Origin: Eimeria praecox
Lineage: Eukaryota
DNA length: 64,000 nucleotides
Assembly (NCBI GenBank): GCA_963920595.1
Contig: OY986950.1
Location: forward strand, 4,898,001-4,962,000
Reading direction: 5' to 3'
Numbering within the stretch: position 1 is the stretch's first letter; the number at the start of each line of letters is the position of its first letter. The translations under genes and the position numbers were made by a program. Positions 54,721 to 64,000 of this stretch are shown piece by piece. The notes below the pieces were generated by a model. It was not told where the DNA came from. It did no database searches and saw only the letters and a list, made by a program, of their open reading frames with translations.

Positions 54721-57376
54721 GCATTCTAAACAGCATGATGTTCCCAAAACATAGGAAAGGCCAACAAAGACGTCTCGTATGGTCGGAAGTGGGAGATGCA
54801 GAGTCACTGCGTGTGGCATGAGCAGCACTTCTTGTCAATGGCTGCGCATACACAGCCTAGCATTGGGGCAGCAGATGCAAGACGTGCGAAGGCTAGCGAG
54901 CGCATTTACCCATTGGGGAAACTCGTCATGGGAATTCATCTGTAGGCTTGCACTCTACATGAAGTTGGAGGGGCAGCTGCATGGTGCTGCCCGTGAGATT
55001 GACACCCTGACCATGGTTCGAGGAGACGCAGATTCAATCTAGCGTCTGCCTGGTACATGCTACGCCATATGCCAGTGCAGTGCCACTAGCACCGGCCTGT
55101 CAAGAGGTCGAGCTTTAGCAGTGATGCGTGCCTTTTTTTTACTTCTGTGCGCTCGAGCTTATTCTAAATCTGTTCCTTGTGGCGAGTCTTGATCGTTGGC
55201 ACGCTGCATCCTGCTAACAGACGAAAGGTCAGGTTTCTCCTGAGGTGCTGCTTTGCGAAGATAGTGTGTACCTTTGCAACAGGCAACTGTCGCTGTGGAC
55301 TGACCGACCCAAAAGGGCCGGCGGCCCACAAACGATCAAGTAGTTAGGACAGTGTGGAGGTGACTATCGGCGACGCCTGCTGGTGAGATTAAGTCTGATG
55401 CTTCGCCCTTCGCAGTAGCTGGAAGATGCATAGTGCCTCTGCTGCAGCAAATGAGTCGGAAATATTATTCAAGAGTTTCCTGTCATGTGGCGACCCAACA
55501 GAGATCTTGATATCTCAAAATCTGCTCTCTGTCTGTGCCTGTATGATAGCCACAAGTTTAGCCTTCAACACTGGAGGCTGAATAGGTATGGGATGGGTTG
55601 CCGATATGCAGCTGCCTGTTCGCTTTTACGAGAAGGAAGGGACGGCGGGGATACGGGCGCTCAGGCAGCAGGCCGCATTATCCTTTCTTTGTAGCATATA
55701 TTGACCATCTAATATTGGCGTGTTAAGCTTATGCATGTATTCTGGCTTACGTGGAATGTCTTTGTGGTGTGTATTCATAAATCCTGTGGATACAGCAACT
55801 AGTATTTGATGTTTTGCACACCGAAGCGCCTGCCTATTGATGCGCAGGCTATCAATTCTTGGGGCTAAATATATACTTATCCCCTGCGCTGGCGTAGATA
55901 TGCAGCCTCCTAGATGTGTGGATGAAGCATACTGAGTGTGTGGAACAGAGCTATCCAGGAAGCAGGCTCGCCTGATTGGTTTAGGTATTGCCACAAAGCG
56001 GTATTCATCATGCGTTTTACTCCAGAAAGTAGGGAGCACCTAGGCGGTATAGCAAAGTGCCATTCTAATACGTGGACACTTCCGAGAACCTGGTTATTTA
56101 TTGCTAGGCTTTCGCTCTTTCATAAACGATTTTGGCATGCCTGTTAGGTGAGCAGCTGCTCGGAGCATTCGTGCTCAGGCCTTGAAGTATGGGTGCATTC
56201 TTAGACTTCTGGTTTTGGATGCTGGTTCGGATGCAGTATCGACAGGCAAATGGCACGCTGTGTCTTGGATATGCTGCAAGGGAAATGGTATCAAAATGCT
56301 GAGATTGTGAAAGGCAACTAAAAGGTCATGGCATTGGAGGGAATGGAGTTGACGCGTCCGGCTTCACGCTTGGCCTGTTATTCCAAATCACTATTAGCGC
56401 AAGGCGCTGTCAATCTCAGGCGCACTTGGCTATTCCGTTTCTGCATTGTCGGACGTTTGTTCCCTCTACAGAGAGAACCAAGGAGTAGATACTTTACCTC
56501 CATCCACTAGGTCATTTGACAGATGTGAACATGGATGATGTGGGATCGGCAGGAAAGGAAACAAGGATGCTCATCAAGTGTCTCAGGCTGGTACAGCTTT
56601 GCTTAAAGCGAAGGGAGCACTTTAGGCGAGTTCGGTTACGGAGCCGGTTAGGGTGGCACCTGAGCTGTTAAAGCATTTGAGCTGAGAACACGCCTGATGA
56701 ACGAAATGATTCGCCGTTTCTTCATGTGGCTAGGCCCGACGTGCGACGTATCTGATAATCGTAATCTCATTGAACTGGCATTGCCTTCCAGAAGGTACGA
56801 ATTAAGGCAAACTTGTGCGAGAAGCATTTAGAAAGAGCCTCTTCTCGGGGAGGTTCCGTGCTCTTACTGAGCGCGCATGTATGTGGGCTCCGGACGATCC
56901 TCCTTACGCGTTTGTTCGTTTCGTGTTAAAGGTCGTATCGCCTGCGTCGAGCAGTCATAGCTGGCTATGAAACGCAGTGCCGCACGCGTTATCTCGGAAA
57001 TAGGAAGCAAACGCTTCAGGGCATTTTGCCAATTTTTCGGTTATGCAGCAGTTTTGTGAAGAAATAGAGTGCCGCAGGGGCCCCTTGTCGCCTTCCTTTG
57101 TGCAGGATACGTGTGCGCAAATCCGCTTGGCTTGCTTATTATTTAAACCTAAAGAACAGAATCATACACTTAATTCATATGAGTACAAGCCAGGGTATGC
57201 AGGTTAGCTGCTTGTTGGCCGCTTATTGCCTTCTAGGGCATCAAAGGCCCTCTTCATAACATGGTTTCTTGCCGGCAATGAGTAGCGGTACTTGCGGTGA
57301 ATTTATATTTTGGGGAAACACGCAACGTAGGCGGTATGTTGCACTTCTTGCCATCAGGTGGCCCTGTGTGGGGACG
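54721..57376 (+). repeat. 2,656-bp tandem repeat, copy 1
   Basis: Begins GCATTCTAAACAGCATG at 54,721, which recurs at 57,377 and 60,033. ORF offsets are exactly 2,656, and only a few substitutions are visible between copies. Confidence 0.98.
55081..56039 (-). pseudogene. Longest stop-poor frame of the repeat unit (137-aa ORF plus in-frame continuation through stops); product unknown; repeated at +2,656 and +5,312
   Basis: ORF 55626-56039(-) continues in frame as *KRTGS..LKAKLVAIIQAQTESRF*DIKISVGSPHDRKLLNNISDSFAAAEALCIFQLLRRAK..TIKTRHKEQI*NKLERTEVKKRHASLLKLDLLTGR. By hand this gives 6 stops in ~320 codons, against ~15 expected at 3/64. No domain is recognised. Confidence 0.35.
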
Positions 57377-60032
57377 GCATTCTAAACAGCATGATGTTCC
57401 CAAAACATAGGAAAGGCCAACAAAGACGTCTCGTATGGTCGGGAGTGGGAGATGCAGAGTCACTGCGTGTGGCATGAGCAGCACTTCTTGTCAATGGCTG
57501 CGCATACACAGCCTAGCATTGGGGCAGCAGATGCAAGACGTGCGAAGGCTAGCGAGCGCATTTACCCATTGGGGAAACTCGTCATGGGAATTCATCTGTA
57601 GGCTTGCACTCTACATGAAGTTGGAGGGGCAGCTGCATGGTGCTGCCCGTGAGATTGACACCCTGACCATGGTTCGAGGAGACGCAGATTCAATCTAGCG
57701 TCTGCCTGGTACATGCTACGCCATATGCCAGTGCAGTGCCACTAGCACCGGCCTGTCAAGAGGTCGAGCTTTAGCAGTGATGCGTGCCTTTTTTTTACTT
57801 CTGTGCGCTCGAGCTTATTCTAAATCTGTTCCTTGTGGCGAGTCTTGATCGTTGGCACGCTGCATCCTGCTAACAGACGAAAGGTCAGGTTTCTCCTGAG
57901 GTGCTGCTTTGCGAAGATAGTGTGTACCTTTGCAACAGGCAACTGTCGCTGTGGACTGACCGACCCAAAAGGGCCGGCGGCCCACAAACGGTCAAGTAGT
58001 TAGGACAGTGTGGAGGTGACTATCGGCGACGCCTGCTGGTGAGATTAAGTCTGATGCTTCGCCCTTCGCAGTAGCTGGAAGATGCATAGTGCCTCTGCTG
58101 CAGCAAATGAGTCGGAAATATTATTCAAGAGTTTCCTGTCATGTGGCGACCCAACAGAGATCTTGATATCTCAAAATCTGCTCTCTGTCTGTGCCTGTAT
58201 GATAGCCACAAGTTTAGCCTTCAACACTGGAGGCTGAATAGGTATGGGATGGGTTGCCGATATGCAGCTGCCTGTTCGCTTTTACGAGAAGGAAGGGACG
58301 GCGGGGATACGGGCGCTCAGGCAGCAGGCCGCATTATCCTTTCTTTGTAGCATATATTGACCATCTAATATTGGCGTGTTAAGCTTATGCATGTATTCTG
58401 GCTTACGTGGAATGTCTTTGTGGTGTGTATTCATAAATCCTGTGGATACAGCAACTAGTATTTGATGTTTTGCACACCGAAGCGCCTGCCTATTGATGCG
58501 CAGGCTATCAATTCTTGGGGCTAAATATATACTTATCCCCTGCGCTGGCGTAGATATGCAGCCTCCTAGATGTGTGGATGAAGCATACTGAGTGTGTGGA
58601 ACAGAGCTATCCAGGAAGCAGGCTCGCCTGATTGGTTTAGGTATTGCCACAAAGCGGTATTCATCATGCGTTTTACTCCAGAAAGTAGGGAGCACCTAGG
58701 CGGTATAGCAAAGTGCCATTCTAATACGTGGACACTTCCGAGAACCTGGTTATTTATTGCTAGGCTTTCGCTCTTTCATAAACGATTTTGGCATGCCTGT
58801 TAGGTGAGCAGCTGCTCGGAGCATTCGTGCTCAGGCCTTGAAGTATGGGTGCATTCTTAGACTTCTGGTTTTGGATGCTGGTTCGGATGCAGTATCGACA
58901 GGCAAATGGCACGCTGTGTCTTGGATATGCTGCAAGGGAAATGGTATCAAAATGCTGAGATTGTGAAAGGCAACTAAAAGGTCATGGCATTGGAGGGAAT
59001 GGAGTTGACGCGTCCGGCTTCACGCTTGGCCTGTTATTCCAAATCACTATTAGCGCAAGGCGCTGTCAATCTCAGGCGCACTTGGCTATTCCGTTTCTGC
59101 ATTGTCGGACGTTTGTTCCCTCTACAGAGAGAACCAAGGAGTAGATACTTTACCTCCATCCACTAGGTCATTTGACAGATGTGAACATGGATGATGTGGG
59201 ATCGGCAGGAAAGGAAACAAGGATGCTCATCAAGTGTCTCAGGCTGGTACAGCTTTGCTTAAAGCGAAGGGAGCACTTTAGGCGAGTTCGGTTACGGAGC
59301 CGGTTAGGGTGGCACCTGAGCTGTTAAAGCATTTGAGCTGAGAACACGCCTGATGAACGAAATGATTCGCCGTTTCTTCATGTGGCTAGGCCCGACGTGC
59401 GACGTATCTGATAATCGTAATCTCATTGAACTGGCATTGCCTTCCAGAAGGTACGAATTAAGGCAAACTTGTGCGAGAAGCATTTAGAAAGAGCCTCTTC
59501 TCGGGGAGGTTCCGTGCTCTTACTGAGCGCGCATGTATGTGGGCTCCGGACGATCCTCCTTACGCGTTTGTTCGTTTCGTGTTAAAGGTCGTATCGCCTG
59601 CGTCGAGCAGTCATAGCTGGCTATGAAACGCAGTGCCGCACGCGTTATCTCGGAAATAGGAAGCAAACGCTTCAGGGCATTTTGCCAATTTTTCGGTTAT
59701 GCAGCAGTTTTGTGAAGAAATAGAGTGCCGCAGGGGCCCCTTGTCGCCTTCCTTTGTGCAGGATACGTGTGCGCAAATCCGCTTGGCTTGCTTATTATTT
59801 AAACCTAAAGAACAGAATCATACACTTAATTCATATGAGTACAAGCCAGGGTATGCAGGTTAGCTGCTTGTTGGCCGCTTATTGCCTTCTAGGGCATCAA
59901 AGGCCCTCTTCATAACATGGTTTCTTGCCGGCAATGAGTAGCGGTATTTGCGGTGAATTTATATTTTGGGGAAACACGCGACGTAGGCGGTATGTTGCAC
60001 TTCTTGCCATCAGGTGGCCCTGTGTGGGGACG
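57377..60032 (+). repeat. 2,656-bp tandem repeat, copy 2
   Basis: Same sequence as copy 1 at +2,656, apart from isolated substitutions (e.g. GGTCGGAAGT/GGTCGGGAGT, AACGATCAAG/AACGGTCAAG). Confidence 0.98.
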
Positions 60033-62035
60033 GCATTCTAAACAGCATGATGTTCCCAAAACATAGGAAAGGCCAACAAAGACGTCTCGTATGGTCGGGA
60101 GTGGGAGATGCAGAGTCACTGCGTGTGGCATGAGCAGCACTTCTTGTCAATGGCTGCGCATACACAGCCTAGCATTGGGGCAGCAGATGCAAGACGTGCG
60201 AAGGCTAGCGAGCGCATTTACCCATTGGGGAAACTCGTCATGGGAATTCATCTGTAGGCTTGCACTCTACATGAAGTTGGAGGGGCAGCTGCATGGTGCT
60301 GCCCGTGAGATTGACACCCTGACCATGGTTCGAGGAGACGCAGATTCAATCTAGCGTCTGCCTGGTACATGCTACGCCATATGCCAGTGCAATGCCACTA
60401 GCACCGGCCTGTCAAGAGGTCGAGCTTTAGCAGTGATGCGTGCCTTTTTTTTACTTCTGTGCGCTCGAGCTTATTCTAAATCTGTTCCTTGTGGCGAGTC
60501 TTGATCGTTGGCACGCTGCATCCTGCTAACAGACGAAAGGTCAGGTTTCTCCTGAGGTGCTGCTTTGCGAAGATAGTGTGTACCTTTGCAACAGGCAACT
60601 GTCGCTGTGGACTGACCGACCCAAAAGGGCCGGCGGCCCACAAACGGTCAAGTAGTTAGGACAGTGTGGAGGTGACTATCGGCGATGCCTGCTGGTGAGA
60701 TTAAGTCTGATGCTTCGCCCTTCGCAGTAGCTGGAAGATGCATAGTGCCTTTGCTGCAGCAAATGAGTCGGAAATATTATTCAAGAGTTTCCTGTCATGT
60801 GGCGACCCAACAGAGATCTTGATATCTCAAAATCTGCTCTCTGTCTGTGCCTGTATGATAGCCACAAGTTTAGCCTTCAACACTGGAGGCTGAATAGGTA
60901 TGGGATGGGTTGCCGATATGCAGCTGCCTGTTCGCTTTTACGAGAAGGAAGGGACGGCGGGGATACGGGCGCTCAGGCAGCAGGCCGCATTATCCTTTCT
61001 TTGTAGCATATATTGACCATCTAATATTGGCGTGTTAAGCTTATGCATGTATTCTGGCTTACGTGGAATGTCTTTGTGGTGTGTATTCATAAATCCTGTT
61101 GATACAGCAACTAGTATTTGATGTTTTGCACACCGAAGCGCCTGCCTATTGATGCGCAGGCTATCAATTCTTGGGGCTAAATATATACTTATCCCCTGCG
61201 CTGGCGTAGATATGCAGCCTCCTAGATGTGTGGATGAAGCATACTGAGTGTGTGGAACAGAGCTATCCAGGAAGCAGGCTCGCCTGATTGGTTTAGGTAT
61301 TGCCACAAAGCGGTATTCATCATGCGTTTTACTCCAGAAAGTAGGGAGCACCTAGGCGGTATAGCAAAGTGCCATTCTAATACGTGGACACTTCCGAGAA
61401 GCTGGTTATTTATTGCTAGGCTTTCGCTCTTTCATAAACGATTTTGGCATGCCTGTTAGGTGAGCAGCTGCTCGGAGCATTCGTGCTCAGGCCTTGAAGT
61501 ATGGGTGCATTCTTAGACTTCTGGTTTTGGATGCTGGTTCGGATGCAGTATCGACAGGCAAATGGCACGCTGTGTCTTGGATATGCTGCAAGGGAAATGG
61601 TATCAAAATGCTGAGATTGTGAAAGGCAACTAAAAGGTCATGGCATTGGAGGGAATGGAGTTGACGCGTCCGGCTTCACGCTTGGCCTGTTATTCCAAAT
61701 CACTATTAGCGCAAGGCGCTGTCAATCTCAGGCGCACTTGGCTATTCCGTTTCTGCATTGTCGGACGTTTGTTCCCTCTACAGAGAGAACCAAGGAGTAG
61801 ATACTTTACCTCCATCCACTAGGTCATTTGACAGATGTGAACATGGATGATGTGGGATCGGCAGGAAAGGAAACAAGGATGCTCATCAAGTGTCTCAGGC
61901 TGGTACAGCTTTGCTTAAAGCAAAGGGAGCACTGTAGGCGAGTTCGGCTACCTTTTTGGTTACGGGGCCGGTTAGGGTGGCACCTGAGCTGTTAAAGCAT
62001 TTGAGCTGAGAACACGCCTGAAGAACGAAAAGGAT
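60033..62035 (+). repeat. 2,656-bp tandem repeat, copy 3 (partial, diverging after 61,921)
   Basis: Near-identical to copies 1 and 2 up to 61,921. After that come clustered substitutions and a 12-bp extra segment (61,948-61,959), and near-identity is lost at ~62,035. Confidence 0.96.
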
Positions 62036-62257
62036 TTGGCTGTGTGAGTAGGTTCGTTTCTCGCGGTGCGCGATGGCCGTGATCCGTAAACCCGCTGGGC
62101 GTTTGGCGAGCTGCAGGATGTGGGAAAAAGGGGACGCACGCATAAAGACTAGCACTCGTGGCCGATTTAACACTAGCCACTGCGGCTTCAGGGCTGTTGC
62201 AATTTTTGCAACAGCAAACTCGAATCCGGGATGTTAAGCTGCTCTGTGGGGTGTGCT

Positions 62258-64000
62258 TTGTCCAGTTGTTCCTACACGCAGCGCAGCCTCAGCGAATATC
62301 ATTAGGCAAAGGAGCAGGAACCAGCTACTCGCGACACCGCGTAACGATGCAGTGGCTAATCAGTCGATGGACCACTTTGCCAGGCCTGCAGAGACGGAGC
62401 TGACCAGTCCCATTTCTTGTCCAGCTGAACATATTGGCTCATCGGCTACTCACTGACTGTTCGCGAACGCCATTTCGACGCGTGCTATTTGAATAAAGCA
62501 CGCTCATTCCTGCTGAACGTTCTCTTGAGTTTTCTCTTGTGCAAAGAAGAAGCTCTTTTGAAAGCTGATGCTGTTCGGTCGTTTTGCTCTTTCAACGCAT
62601 TGAGAAGGCGTGCGTTGGCCTTGCCAGTGCTGCTGCCCGATATTGATGAATGCACCCAATACCATGATTTACGGAGAAAAGTCAGAGGCAACAGCTTCTC
62701 AAGCATAGTTGTAGCCATCGTGTCTCCAGGCCAGAGTTGCCTTTGGTGAGGCAATGTGCTCACTGTCCCTGCGATTGGAATTATATTTTGGATTTCTTGG
62801 CGAGCCTTTCCGAAGTCGGTGTGTTGCGCATTGGCTAATATAAAAGGTTACACAACTGTATGCGATGCGCCTCACAACTTTGCAGGTATCAAACAATCAT
62901 TAGGCAGAGTAAATACTGACATACCCAGCATAAGGCATCGTCAAGCGGCGGCGGCACACTAGCACCGGTAATAACACTCATTCGTTAGTAAATAAGAACG
63001 CAATGGTAATGCTCCTTATGGAGAATCAGAAGTATGTCTAGCAGAAGCATGTCACAGCAGGTTCACGGCTTGCATGCCTTGGCTTGCGCAGGAGTGATCT
63101 GATGCCTGCCAACGGACGTGATTCCTTGGGGTTTTAGAGACAAAGTGCGCAGCTTCGGCAGTTGTGGGGACCTCCACAAGTTCTGAGTAGTGTGCTGGAT
63201 TTTACGTGCAGTGTATGGTGATGCAGGAAAGTGGACAAAGCTGTCCTTTGTATTCAGCATACTCCAGAGACAGCTTCGCAGGCCTGTGAGGCTGAGGTGT
63301 CAACGTCCGCAGTGCTTGTTGGATCTCCATAAATATCACTGCGCTGCTTTTCTCAACATTCAAGGATGCTGCTTGCTTCATGGTAATTCATTGTTACTTT
63401 GTGGCTGAATATTTATCGCCTATGGCCTTAAATTTCCGAGACAGGCACGCCTTGCGATGCAATCCAGGAAGTACACAATGCTTTTCATGGCTTTAAGCAT
63501 GGTCCTCCATCAATTATGCTTGAAGCAGGGGCTTTACGCGTGAAACACGGTTCAGTATGTCTTTGTAACGTTGGCATAGGGGGCGCGCAGCTTTGGAATT
63601 TCTGTTCTCTGTGTTTTCTTCCTAGGCAGTGGTGATATCGGCAACTGGCAAGCGGCCGGACTTAAATAGCCAGCAAGAAGCTGAGAGGGTTTTTACTTCT
63701 TTCATTCTGAAGCAGGGTGCTACTCCCCTGCGATGAGGCGCAATATTGTACATATGAGCAACTCTTTTAGGTGCCTGTATGTTGCACACTAGTGTCATAG
63801 GGTACTGCATGTCGCCAGTTGCCTGCCAAATGTTAAGAATCTTGGAGTCTGCAAGCATGCAGTGGAAGCTGCTTGGGACGGCCTGGCATCTGCCCATCTT
63901 CCCAGTATGGTGCCATGAGTGGCATTTGCTATTCTTACTAGTCCCTCTAATTTGTATAACTTCCATTTGAACTTCTTGGTGGCGTTGTTTATTTGCTCAT
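62258..64000 (+). repeat. Segmental duplication copy B (of 48,816-50,558), open at the right edge of the window
   Basis: Near-identical to copy A at offset 13,442, except for one patch of clustered differences (63,343-63,468). Confidence 0.97.

Noticed and set aside
56150..56176. Palindrome GAGCAGCTGCTC followed by hairpin GAGCA-TTCG-TGCTC
   Set aside because: The stems are only 5-6 bp and are not conserved in the upstream paralogue (~53,425); such stems are expected by chance.
42973..64000. Short ORFs (60-152 aa) as intact genes
   Set aside because: They overlap on both strands, have lengths near random expectation and contain no recognisable domains. Their identity between copies reflects recent duplication only.
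48816..64000. 13.4-kb-spaced direct repeats as LTRs of a retrotransposon
   Set aside because: No sharp TG...CA boundary, PBS, PPT or gag/pol motifs were seen. Homology fades gradually to the left, and the interior consists of paralogous tandem units.

Overview
Eukaryotic-looking, gene-poor, repeat-dominated window; the organism cannot be identified from the sequence. (1) 1 to ~42,780 is one head-to-tail satellite array of a ~346-bp monomer (roughly 120-125 copies, estimated by division). It is strongly strand-skewed (about 80% G+T on +), has several monomer subfamilies, 333-bp and 250-bp deletion variants, zone-specific higher-order repeats (HORs) and a decaying right edge. All long His/Thr/Pro-rich ORFs there are compositional artefacts. 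(2) ~42,800-64,000 looks unique at first sight. It holds three near-identical 2,656-bp tandem copies (54,721 to ~62,035) and a 13,442-bp-offset duplication (48,816-50,558 = 62,258-64,000). Manual alignment also shows that the 'unique' DNA from at least ~47.6 kb to 54.7 kb consists of older, strongly diverged paralogues of the same ~2.2-3.3-kb unit. These share minus-strand peptide motifs across stops and frameshifts, suggesting a cryptic tandem array of a decayed coding family that I do not recognise. A 63-bp palindromic element flanked by an 8-bp direct repeat (MITE-like) and a perfect 23-bp hairpin lie in this region. No intact gene, RNA gene, CRISPR array or telomere tract could be supported.
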